NCBI GenBank assembly: GCA_010909165.1
Contig: MU008197.1
Span: 1 to 64,000, forward strand
Reading direction: 5' to 3'
Source of the DNA: Anthoceros angustus
Taxonomy: Eukaryota; Plantae; Anthocerotophyta
Length of the DNA stretch: 64,000 nucleotides
Shown: piece by piece, positions 13,430 through 25,836 of the stretch
Numbering within the stretch: position 1 is the first letter of the stretch
How the letters are laid out: each line of letters opens with the position of its first letter
The notes under the pieces: generated by a model
The model's input: only the letters and a program-made list of their open reading frames with translations
What the model was told of the DNA's origin: nothing
Databases searched by the model: none
Translations under genes and position numbers: made by a program

Positions 13430-16400
13430 TTATTGAGAGGAAGGGAAGAAAAACGTGTCCACATAAGACAAAACATCTTGGCAGATGTTCATGAACTCGC
13501 CGTCAATTCCGGCCATCATCGCAAGGCTCGCATCACCACCACTATCTTCACTATCTTCCGGGCCACTTTGGCTAGTCATGATGAAGCCGCGCAATTCATT
13601 TAATTTTAGTCTCGCCTTCTTGTCCACAAAGATATAAATGTTTGCGAGCATTCAAGTTGAAACCATAATATATGATCACGTTTTGTTCACAAAACCTTTG
13701 TATGCTTTTGTGCAAATTAGCTTTCCTCCTTTTTCCCCGATCACACCGGTCCCTTCATGTCGGATTATAAATTCTTCAACATACCTTCCTTCATACGCAT
13801 CCGTGGTGCTACCATGTACCAATGAACGACAAAGTGAGGATCCGTGCATCTAAGTGAACATCAATGACCCCGCCAATCCAAAACGGCCTTTGCCTGGTGC
13901 AGTGGACCGCAATGAACATGTCTTTCCTTATTTCCAAAATGTCACCATTCAACCGTGCAGTTTCTTGTTCTTGTCTAACAACGGTTTGATATGCACCAAG
14001 GTACATATCCTGCTGGGGAAGGTCCCCGAGTAAAGCCTCCTCTAGCAACGCCTCATCGCACGTGAAGAACCTCGGCCGCTTTCTTCAACTTCACCGAAAA
14101 CCACTTCCATGCGCCTGGAGTGCGAGCCCTATATTATTCTCCACACAATGATCTCCTCTTGGTCCACCCAAAATTCTTCCCACCATTTATATTCCTCAAG
14201 GACATATGGTCTAAGCGAGAGGCCCTCCTTCAAGTGAGCCACACCTCGGTTGGGGATAACCCGACGATGTGCCTTTCTTATCACGGCACGGGATGTCACC
14301 GTCACGGGATGGGACAAACTTCAAAACTCCAAACCGGCTTCCGCTTCCCATTGTATGGCGATGTCGAATATTGTTTGCTTCTAATGACCGCCACAAGGCC
14401 ACGGCCAGTTTTTTCTTCTTGTAATTTTGAAGGTGCCGGAATGACGTTGTTCAATTCGCATCACTCAGATGCTTGGCGCCCATCCCCTTGTCATGGCCAA
14501 ACATAGGAGCGAAGTCTGAACCTCAATACCTTCACCTGTTGGAGTGTACGCCTTTTCAAAATTGCCGCCAATGCGAGAGTATGAGCTTCGTGTTTCAAGC
14601 TCTTTGAAAACATGAAAACATTTGGTCAATTTGATCATGAGTATGTCCAACGAGAAGAAACCCCACCTTTACTTTCAAAAGTTCCCATATCCACTAACAT
14701 GTTCATATGCAAAAGAAGTTGATTCTTGTTCTCTCGACAAGTGTTGTCCAATTGCAAGTATAAAACCTTGAATACTCAGAGTTGTGTATCACATCCGTAT
14801 AATGTTGATAGTCAAAATGATTTCTCAAATTTGCGTAATGCAAGAAGGCCTCGCTTTATACGTGTAGTTGTGAATCATACACCCAACTACGTGACAGAGA
14901 TGGACTCTCATCCGTTCTTGCCACCAAAAGTGTGGTGTTTTCTGGTCCATCCATCTATAGACAAGTAATATGTACTTATGGATCAAACTTTGCGTGTTTG
15001 GCCATCGTCTGTTCCTCGTATAGATGTCTGACATTTCATCTACAAAACAACAACTTCATGAGTCCCAAAATCCTTCTTTGCAAACACTCATGCCCCTCAT
15101 TTATCATTCATACACAATGTGGTACCTCTACTTATTTCCACCATTTGCTGTGCGTCGCTCTGTCTACACATGTCTCTTGCTCCTGATCGTTAAAAAATAA
15201 TGAATCATAAAACAAATTTACAAAACATCATAAAACACAGGAGGAGATAGGATGGAGAGGAGGAGGAGGAAGGAAAGGAAACAAAGGAAGGAGGAAGGGA
15301 GGCAAGGAAAACAAAAGGAGGAAGGAGGAGGAGGAGGGGAGGAGGAGGAGGAGGAGGAGGAGGCAGGAGGAGGACCAACTATCCCCCAGTCGGACGCCTC
15401 ATGGAAAGAGGGGGGCCACGCCCACTCTTGTGATATAAGGGGGCGCCCCGACTGAACCAAACCTCCATCCAAGAAGGCGCCAAACCTCCAAGCAAGACGG
15501 CACCGACAGGACCAAGATGCCACGACAAACCGCAGTAGTTCACAAAAAGGTTAGAAAGGACAGCATGCGAGGAACAAGAGTGCCCAGACTTGATCGACCT
15601 TCCGTGTTGAGTTCCGAGATAGTTGTCTTCAATCGCGAGCATGTCGAGAACCGCTTTGACTTTGGGATCTTCACTGAAGTTGCATTTCCATAGCTTTAAG
15701 AACCACGAGGTGACATATCCGAGCCCCGACCTTCGTGACTCGCTTGTATAGCAACCATATTTCTAATTTTGTGTACGTGTCGGAAGATTGAAAACCTCCA
15801 CATTTGGGAGCCTCTCACCATGTACATAAAAGTACCTGGCCCATCCAAGCTATGGCTAGCGCATGCGGAGATCAGATGGGGTTTGTTCAAAACTATCCCA
15901 CTGAGTTCTCAAGAACTCTAGCCTTCAACTCCTCATACCGGATGTGTCCCACAATAAACCCTTCAAAGCCTTCGACAACATCGACGGAACCCCATAACAT
16001 GAGTGACAACTTTTCCTTTATCATTGGTCCTCGTCGCGATGGACTAGAGATCAAGGAATGTCTCCGCTCTTGTCTCGCACATTCTATGAATCTATACCGC
16101 CTCAAATCTTTCTTCACACCGCAAGCACATCCGACTTGCAACAAGGTTTTAGTCACCGACAATGTCCACTTCACTCTTCCTCAACGACACGCTGCCCGCT
16201 CCGACATAACGCACGAGTCCTTCGACGCGCAATGTCTCGCCAAAGGTTTCGTGAAACGATCTTTGCACATCATCCTCCGGAGGTGATTGGAAGTCGCTCG
16301 ATGGGACCTCTATCGGACGACCGCCTAGCTCCTCGGGACCGTATGTTTTGCCTACCCATACCCATCGCCATGAACAAGCCACGGCGGCAATCATGCGAAC
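13430..16400 (-). pseudogene. Sola-like DDD/E transposase, frameshifted
   Basis: Minus-strand motifs 'VKIPKSKRFSTC' (~15640-15676), 'IDG/MDQK' (~14940-14960), 'VLYLQLDNTCRENKN' (~14722-14766), 'GFLLVGHTHDQIDQMFS' (~14613-14663) and C-terminal 'MFIAV...RPFWIG'. Ends approximate. Confidence 0.7.
15240..15375 (+). repeat. Purine-rich (GGA)n/(GGAA) tract
   Basis: Seen directly; lies between transposase motifs, probably intronic. Confidence 0.7.
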
Positions 16401-18789
16401 ATCAGCGCCCTTCAACCCCAACTCTCCTCCGGAGGGTCTGCCCTATGGTCGCATGTCTTCGGCCATCGGAACACCATGCATACTTGGCGAAGACAATTCG
16501 CCGCCTTTCCCCGCACAAGTGACATCCACTCCGACTTCCCACAATGTGCTATAACGGACTCTTCACAAGCCCCTTAACACACTAACCTTGCGGAGGATGG
16601 CGAGGCGTAGGTGGCGGAGGGTTCAAAAGATCAAGCCTCCTCGCCTTTTCCGGGAGTCCGCCACAGCCTCAAGTATCGGAGGGTTCTTCTATCGTGCAAA
16701 TGTGCTTGGGTTAACAGCACCGTGATAGCATACAAATGAATCGACATCCGGTGCACTTTCCACTCACGCCCTCCATATCGTTCGTGTGTCGCGCGCAACA
16801 CGCTAGTCGGTCGCCGACAAGTCCCGCTGGTAGACTCAAAATGGTTGGTAAGTGTGGTTTGCGCCGACGCCGACTTAGTACCCACGCCTACGACGCACTT
16901 CATTGCACATAACGGCGAGGAAATCCAATGAGGCGGATATCGTGGTCCGCCACGCGGATAAGAATAACAGCCGCAATCGATGGATAAGTGTCATAAATAC
17001 ATGCATAGGAGAATAAGGTCCACTTAACTACCATTTTCACACGACATCGTGGTTTCTAACTTTGGTTAACGTGGTGAGCGGTAACCCTAATCGTCCAGGG
17101 TTAAGAGTCCTTATGGTAACGTTCCACTTCAACCTGCTCAAGACTTTAAGTAACGCCCACACCGAGAGGCCCATCACTGTGGCGGCGTGAAGGAGGGACT
17201 CAGCGCCTTTGCAAAGAGCGTGTTCCTGTCAACTGCACAAGGCATCCTGGCGAGAACTACAATTTCCATTCCAAGCCCAATTTGTGAGTGATGCAACTTT
17301 GTTTTCGTAGCTCAATTTCGGGCCTGCAGAACGGCGGCAAGTGACGACGGAGCAAGAAGGATTTTATGGATGCGGGCGCCAGACCTCCTCCAAATGTAAG
17401 AAATCCAGGTGGAGAAGTAAGTGCAATAGGGACTTGGAGGCTGGCATGGTGATGCGATCGGAGGTGGTGAGCAAGCCAAGGGTGGCATGCATCGGGCGGC
17501 AAGCGAACCGCTAGCGACGCTCACAAGGCCGACAACGGTGGAAAGAGGGGAGCTGGAGTGAGAAGTCACAAAGCCCCGTATGCCGTGCCGCCGATTCCTT
17601 CGCCTTCACCTACGAGGAGACTGTGATCATTCGCGTCAATGCTCGGGATGGATCCGCTAACTGCTGAGAAAGATTGATGGTGACACAGATGCAGAGGATG
17701 AGAACGCGTCGACTCCACTATTGAAATTGTGGATCATGGGTTACAGGGGAGCATTGCCTAACCAAAGAGCGAGGGCTGATGGGTAGTATGGGCGACCGGA
17801 CATGGACGAGAAGAACCTTGTTCACGTTGTTTTGCACAACAAGGCCTCGTGAGTTTGACGCAGTTGATTCAAGACCTCAAATGTATAGGGCGATGAGCTC
17901 GCCCTTGGGCTGCTAAGAAATGTGGTCCTCCCGAGCTTGTCGAGGTATTTCGAGAAGCAATGCGCAACCGAAGTACGTATATGCCATGGACATGTAATTT
18001 TGTTTTGTTCAGTGTCATCCGATGTGCTTACTCCTCCGATTTGCATCATGTTTGCCGCTTCAGCCACCCTGTAGGAAGAGCTCTTATCATCGCTGTGGAA
18101 AGGTGTCTGACATCGTTGTAGCACACGTATTGTCTATGAGGAGAGCGAGAGAGCCGACAGAATGAGGATGATGCGTATAGGCAGCAGATGCAGATAGTGA
18201 ATCGGGACCATCCGACGAGGATGATGGCCCGATCCCGTATGTGCCGGGTCATTCAGATGGAGAAGGGTCAGCATCAAGACGAGGATAGGGATCATGAACT
18301 TTGCGACCTTGTTCCTACCGTCCGCATCGATGCGATGACACCGTGGCGCCGGGCCGCCCGACTGGGCGGATGGGGAAGACTGATGACCCCAAACCCAAAC
18401 CGGTTTGTCCCCTGCTGGGGAGATGGACAGCGCCGCCGCCGGCGCCCCGGTGCCCATTCGCACTCACCAAGAAGGAGGGAGATCGGGCCGGCCGGCGCCA
18501 GGCGAAAGAGGAGCCAGGCGATGTGGTGGAGCGAGGTGGAAACGAAGAGAGCACTTACGATGTCTCGCCGCCATGGACGGACGAGCAAGGCGTGGCGGGC
18601 AGTGTAGTGGAAGAAGAAGTCAAGAGAGATGGAGGAAAAGGGGACCATCCGAAAACATTGCCACTGCTCATGTTCGTATGCACGAGGAAAGGCCGGAGGA
18701 TGCTATCGAGATGCACTTTGACACGAATTCGGACTTACTCCAAGAAGGTGGTTCAGAAATGACAGTGAAGTCGAGAATTTGAAACCAAA

Positions 18790-19090
18790 GATCCCATATT
18801 ACACCGTATGCGCAGATAAGGAGAGTGGACGAGGCATGGGCAAATTATTTGGCTCGTAATATCAAGGGAAGGATTGAGGAGGGCGGTTGCCTCCTTTGCA
18901 TGATCGACCCGACGAGTGTGACAACCTCAAGTTGGACCGAAAAGGTTCGTGGCTAAGAAATATGTTATGGGCGTTTGGTGGAACCATACCTTTGCAAACA
19001 TGAAAACATTTGGCGATATATTCCAAGGAAAACACGCCCAATATGGAATGAAATGCAAAACTTTGGGCCATTCATCTATTTTGGTTGGAG
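18790..19090 (+). pseudogene. ParB/Srx-like N-terminal domain of the transposon cargo gene
   Basis: 'QIRRVDEAWANYLARNIKG...LCMIDP' from 18813, and 'WAFGG/NHTFA' at 18968-18996 (one-base slip) resembling the ParB GxHR-type motif. Confidence 0.5.
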
Positions 19091-22000
19091 TTGACAAAAC
19101 TTGGATCAAAACCTAACTTTGGAAAAGTGCCAAAGGAATTGCTGGGTATTTCTTGGTGAAGCTCGACTCAAGTGAGTGCAAGTAGAGATCTAGGTAGAGG
19201 CAAACGACAGAAGGGTGTTGCGGTGTGGCCGCAACATGGGAAGAGATCACAACGGGTGCATCACGACGGCGGAATTTGTGCTGGGGCAAGTCAAAGTGAA
19301 GGGAGGCCGTGATGGCCGCGAGGAGAAATGGATAGCAAGGAGGGTTGGTACGAGATGTTGTTGAGGCGTGAGAAGTTCACCGAGGATAAGTTGATTTTAT
19401 TCTAGATGAGTGTTATGCACAAGCCAATTGGGTGTGTTGGACAATGTAAGAACTCCAGTTACCCCTAGGGGTGGATCCTGTGTGGGTGTGTTTCAAATTG
19501 TTATATTTGCGTGTCACATGAGAGCTAATTGGGAGAGGTACGATGTGGGGACGACACCCTAGGGTAGTATGTGGGTGGTACGTGAGGGTAGTATGTAGGC
19601 ATGTAGAGAACAGAGATGCAAGTAGTAGGGGTAGGGAGGTACAGGTGTAGGGTGACCAAGGTGACCAGGTATGACAAGATGTAGGGTGACGGGGCTCCCC
19701 ATGACGTAGTTGGACAGGTAGGTAGGATGAGAGTGTCATGAGAGTCTCCCACCGAGGGAGTGGTGAGGTCTCACGTAAGCGAAGTGGGCGCACTTGGGAA
19801 GCAAGTCAGATAGGCGTTTCAACCTAGGAAGTTGTTAAAAAGGGTCAGATATGCAAGGTTGAGGATAAATAGGTATTAGGAATAATAATCCATAAATATG
19901 TAAGGTGTAGTGTAGGGTGTTTATAACAAGTAGGGCTACTAAATCGAGGACGGTGGAAATAGTGCCCGGCAAGGAATCAACGGCCTATATCAAGAGTTTT
20001 GGCTCACAACCAAAGGGCCATGCAAGTGGGTGTGTAGGGCACCTAGGAAGTCCGTGGAGGAATCATGAGAAGAGCTTGGGCATGCACGGAAAGCTAGAGC
20101 AAGGACTTGGTGGAACGCGTGTGTGTGCAAGGAGAAGGATGCAAGGAGTTGTGTGTGAAGGATTTGAAGCACGTGAAGAGAGCAAGGGCGCTGATTTTTG
20201 TGTGTGTGTCCTTGCAAGTGAGGGATTTGGGGCGTAAGGAGGTGTTGTGAGGACACCAAGTTTGAGCTAGGTGGGACCGTGGAGGAAGAGGAAGTAAGTG
20301 GGGGAAGGAAGTTGCTCTTGGTGGATCTTGTGGCGAGTGAAGAAATCTCACAATTGTGTGTAGGCACCGAGGTGACAACTAGGTGGAAACGAGCACGGGG
20401 CGTGCCCAAGCTTGTATTGTTTGTGCAAGTTATTTTGAAGGTGCAAGATGGTGAAAGCGCCGCACCTAAGAAGGGCAAATTGGTTGCTAGGGAGCCGTGG
20501 AGAAGAGGCGATGCCCGAATTTAATTGCTTCCCGCATGTGGAGGCTAGGCACTTGCAGCATTCGACAGCTTGTCGGAGAACCCAACGCAAATTGCAATGG
20601 GTGTATGGCCGCCATCGGGCCTATGTCAACTTGGAGATGATAGAGGAGTGCTTCATAACTTCACTATGCCACGGCAGAACCGGAGGAATCGGAAAATAGG
20701 GATGCAAGGATCGATCCAGGCCGGACAGCCCAACACATCCGAAGGTATATGGAAGACCAAATGAGGAGGCCTGGAGGGATTGCGATTATGGAGCTTGAAA
20801 GGAAGGTTGAGGAGAAGGGGAAGAGAAAAGGAGAATCGGAAGTGTCATGAGCTACTTGAGAAAGCTATGGACATGTTACAACGCTGCATAAGTCTAGAGA
20901 GAAAGGTGGTTGGTGCAATCAAGAACTCAAGGAAGAGAAATGGAGAACATTTGCTAAGATTCTCCTTGATTGGTGAGTGCGCAACGGAAGACATATCTTA
21001 GTGATGCGCAGCTATATTTCATCCGGAGGTTGTCTAGGGGCTACCCTGCATTGGGGAATGGTAATGTATGATGTTTATACCGCACACCGGAAGGTTGCTT
21101 ATACCCAATGCGAGGAATCCAAGAGCACGAGAAATACATACCTCCACCCACCGATTCTATATTTATGAGCTCCAAGGATTATTGAAGCTGTGAATTGGAA
21201 TTTTCCAAGATGGATTTCCAAGTGGTATCATTGGATGCAGTCCCTAAGCCCGTGAGAGAAGTCCCCAACAAGAGACGGGAAGAAGAGGAAAGCAATGGAG
21301 GAGCCTACTACTGTCCCACGCAGTGAAGGAGGAGAAGAAGTTCATTCAATGAGAGCATCGGGGAAGAAGGTGGTAGGAAGCGGTGAGTTGGATCCACTCC
21401 TGGCGGTGGAGAGCGAAGAAGCCTCGTGGAGAGAGTCAAGGCGGCTTGCGGAGGAAGCCGCAAGAAGAGTATGGGAGGAAGAGAAGGAGAAACCACAATG
21501 AACTTGGGCAAGTAGGAAGGGCTAGCATAACCCATGGGCTGTGAGGCCCACCGCTGTCCCAGTAGGGGCAGGGATGACGAGGGGTGAGGCACCCCACGAG
21601 GGAAGTGAGCGAGGGTCGAGTCCCCACGACGGTGTCCCGGGTAGTGAGGGGGGTGCAAGTGTCCCTACCTATAGGCGAGGGGCGCTCCTAGTGGAGTGGC
21701 AGTCGATGGATAGGCCTATGGATAGGCCTATGGAGGGGCCCAAGAAGGAGGCGCTCACATGAGCCAGAATGGAGCTAGGGGTGACATGGTTTTGAATTGA
21801 ACGACCCATGGATGTCTCAAACATCCGTGGCGACTCTGGACACTTTGGGAGAGGTGTGGCGATGTGTGGGATAGCAAGGAACTTGGATGAGAGGAGGCTT
21901 GCCCATGTTGTAGCTACCTCCTGGGGGCTACCTCATAAATCGGGGAAGGAGTAGAACTAGGTACCTTTAGGGTGTTGGGGCCGAGGGAACGTGGATACAA

Positions 22001-23970
22001 GAATTAAGGCAGCTCAAACTAGGATTTTAGAGCTAGAGTCAAGTGTAGGTAGGCTTACGAAAGAGAAAAGGCGACTTACATGGGAGCTTGAGGGAGTCTG
22101 AGGCATCAAGAGATGGTGCAAGAGTTGGATGGCATTATGGTGACACGCGCTAAGGAGAAGGAAGGATGGGTCTTGGAGAAGAGAGGGATGAGAACAAGTC
22201 CAACAATTGGTGTGCCATGGCGATGGCCAAGAAGGATGTAAAGGAGGTCCGTGAGCTCATGGAGACTAAGGATGAGTTATTAAATGGCAAGGACCCCGAG
22301 GTAGGAGAATTGAGAAGGAGAAGGAGACCCTACAAGAGTCATGGGACTCTCCAAGCGGAGTTAGAAGAAGGGCTGTGAGAGAAGCTAATCGAGGGCCTCG
22401 CAAGAGGAAGAGAGTCGCAAGAAAGCCGAGGACATGGTACGCCGCTTGATGGTTGTGCGAAGAGAAGGTTCAGAGCCGATCATACCTTGCAAAAGAGGAT
22501 GTTGAGGCGCCATGATGCGGAGGAGAAGTATCATGCTATGTCCATACAAGGGGGCAGCTTGTGGAAAGGGAGGCTTTGCAAGAGAAGTGTGGACGGTGGC
22601 CCGCAGACTTGGAAGACTTGAAGAACAAATATCGCAACCTACAGTTAATTCGCCAATAGATCAAGAATCAAGGCTGATCTGGTAGAGCTTTGAGGGAGAG
22701 GTTGGCACAAAGTTGATGATAGAAGGATGCTAGAAGGTAAGGTTTGAAGGTCATGGACCTTGTGACCCAAGCGAGACGGTGGAGTCGAGAGAATGGGAAG
22801 AAATGAATGAGCAAGCCGAGAGGATGACTCGGAGGAGGAAGAGGAAGGCATGGAGCAAGATCCGCCACGGGAGACCTTCTCAGGAGAGCGTGGAGGCGTA
22901 GGGCCATAAGAAGTGACCCCACGTCAGGAGGTGTAGAGGGTGGCCCACATCCGTAGGATCACCATGTGCGACGCATCTAGAGGTAATTGAAGAGGGTGGT
23001 GGTAGCTTGGAGCGTGGGCTCATTGCTTAGGGGAAGACTTTTCTTTAGGGAGGATAAGACATGCTTGTCAACCCGAGGGTGTGTTGACTAGCTGGATAGG
23101 AATGTTGACATGTGAGCCATTAAGGCTCACATAGGTAGAATTTGCTAGAATAGAATTTCACCCAAGATGCTTGGATGTCGAACTTAAAATCACAGAGGAT
23201 ACACTAAATAAGGAGTGAGGCTGTGAGGCGCGTGGGGAGGTCAGAGTGAGGACCTCCCAAAAGGAGGGAGCTTGTGAAGTAAAATCATCGGTTCTGCGCT
23301 CCCTACCGCGAGTCCTTTGCTCCTTGTGAAGGAAGTTCGGCTGCAAGCTAACGAAGGCCCGTAGAGAGGGAGTTTGCATACGGCCGAGTGTGGAGGGCCT
23401 GCTCCCGCAGTGTCTCCGAGTTGCTCCCTTGTGAATGGTTGCCGTGAATTGCTTTGCTTTGAGTGTGTGGCGATGCTCAAGGAACTCGGCTTGAGGGTAG
23501 ACTGCAGGAAAGACTCGGAGGTTCTCGTCTGTAAACTACACAAAGAACCGCCCAAGGAAAACTTGTTGATTCAGAGACGGACCCTGCACAGCCGTAAGGG
23601 CGAGTTGGAATCAATAAGCTAGATGGTATTAGAGTAGGAGGTCATGGAAGGAGAGTAAGTAGGTGTAGGGCTAAGAAAAGCGTTGATGATGGTAGAGGAA
23701 CCGAATATTGAGGAGGGACTTAGCGTAGATCATAGTCAAGGCCCAAGGCAGAGCCTAAGGGAGGTGTCCCAAATCAAGCGAGAACGTGCTGGTGGGTGGG
23801 GAGCTAGCCCGGAGGATAACATTGCGGCGGATGGGGTCCCCTGGTGCCTACGGTGATTCCACGCTTGTCGAGGCATGGCCTACGATAGTGTCGGTCGTAG
23901 GCCGTGAATTGGTGAATTTTCAAGCAAGTAGTGTAGCTGCTGAGGGAAGTAGGATGATGCCTGCTTGTTG
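19090..23970 (+). mobile_element. Probable Ty3/Gypsy fragment (pol 3' end, long Glu/Lys-rich 3' ORF, LTR ~23060-23610, PBS)
   Basis: G/A-rich degenerate coiled-coil ORF at 21295-22900, PPT-like AGGGAGGA near 23047, PBS-like TGGTATTAGAG at 23624. Boundaries approximate. Confidence 0.4.
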
Positions 23971-25791
23971 AGGGGCTGGGTGGTTGTAAATGTGTGCATG
24001 GGTTGAACCTTCAACAACACAACCAAGATCTCATGGGATCAAACCCAACGTAAGCGACAAAGTGATAAGTGTGACGCTATGTGTGGTGAATCTCGCCCTC
24101 GATCCGCCCACCATGGAAGCTCAAGTGTGTATTGTAATGACGGGTGAAATGTGAGTAATCGTACTACAATAATGTCGACAAAAGGAAGAAGATGTCCTTC
24201 ACTGAGCGTCGTGTACTTGAGGGACGAATCATGGCTGTTGTGCAGATGATGTCCAGATGACCATGAATTGGAAATTCAACCCATACCGCATTGGGCTTGA
24301 TTGAGACGACGAGGTCGGAAGACGATATGTTTAATAAGGTGGACAATCGGATCCACATCTTATGCATTGTGAAATGAGGTGAAGGTTTGGGACAACGTGG
24401 ATCAATATTTTCAAAATGGGAGGTTTGAGAATTGCCGAGCAGAAACATGCCCCGCCGAACAAGTAAGAAGGGCAAAGGCAAACTAAGGTACAAGAGGAGG
24501 CTCGTGTTGTATCACATTGTTTACGCAGTCAAGGATATGCTAGCAAAGCCGCGGAAATGCTCCAAGGATTCCAATGAGAGGCTCAGCGACACTACTGGAC
24601 CGAGAAGGTGTTGACAGTATTATCGACTCCAAAAGGTATGGATGAGGAGATTACACTAAGAAGTTTCATGTTATACAAGTGGCCATGGTAAAACACTTGG
24701 GCTGCTCATCATTCAAGAGGTACGAATATCTGTATTCGACGACGTAAATGATAGCTTTGCCCAGACCAGATTCACTGGGAAGGTGCCATACTACCCATCG
24801 CTTAATTTCTCATATGTCGCCGTTACAAAACCCTAACGTTTTGGTAAAGCGCCGGCCGAGGCCACTTCCACATGTGATGTGGGGACTGAGTTGTCAAGGG
24901 CTCCGCCGCCGCGCCTTCATGAAGGGCTGTACATTTTTACCGCTCGGATCGAAGGAGGTTCATTGGCCAAGTGGAGAAGCGAGATATTTTGAGATGCGGC
25001 TACCTTCGGGTGAGGAGGTACACCGTTAGTCATGGATGTGCCCAGGTTTCGATATTGGGCCTATGGACAAACGGATGGATGCCACTATGTTGAGTAAGGT
25101 CAGCCATGAGAAAACTACAAGCTTAAGACTCCGCATGATTGTCATGCATGGAGTGGAGGAAGCCCACACAAGACGTGGAATCGGCGCAGTGGTGTAAGAA
25201 GGGTGGCCTGCGTCTTTCGTGGGATAAAACCAACATGAGCAATGATAGCGGATTTGAAATAAAGGGAGTATGTGACCGCTTGATGGACATGACACGTGGT
25301 AAAGAAGGTGTACTTGTCCCATGACAAGTTGGTGGTATGCCCATACCAAAGGCCTCAATATGATGAAATTGATCAAGACCTTCTCAAAAGAAGGAGACTG
25401 GTGGTGGACGATGCTCCGGCGGCACAACCAGATAGTGCTCTGGAAGAAATCAGACGCCATCGAAGCGACTTACGGTGCCGGATACATCCCCGCCGCATCC
25501 ACTCTGACACGAGGTTCTCCGGACAAGAAGAGCTTACCTTCGAGCCCCATCGCAAAGGCCCTTCGCAGCCTGGGCAAAGGAGGTTTGTATAAGTGAAAAG
25601 GATTGTTCAAAGGCCCAAGTTGTTGCTTTGAGTGCCGGAGGATGAAGACCAGAACACTGTTGGAGGATGCCAACGCCGGATACCATATGGCAACCTCCCA
25701 CGTCACGATGTGTCCAAGCGCGGAGGTTAACAACGCGACAACGCTTTGGGTGAGAATGACTGACGAAGAATCGGAGCGATGCGAAACCTAG
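23970..25791 (+). pseudogene. Beta-class amino-DNA methyltransferase (N6A/N4C) with a PHD-like finger, C-terminal part of the transposon cargo gene, frameshifted
   Basis: Motif IV-like LVMDVP[x]GFDIGP[W]DK at 25026-25071. 'LSWDKTN' at 25214. 'CPYQRP...MMKLIKTFSKEGD.VVD...GGTT...GRN..AIE' at 25338-25468 (motifs X/I/II). 'CFEC...CWR[C]NAGYHMA...CPS' at 25624-25720. Motifs were joined across small indels. Confidence 0.55.
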
Positions 25792-25836
25792 TAATAGTTT
25801 TAGATTCCGCTCGCTCAGGCCCGCTTGAGACCCGAA

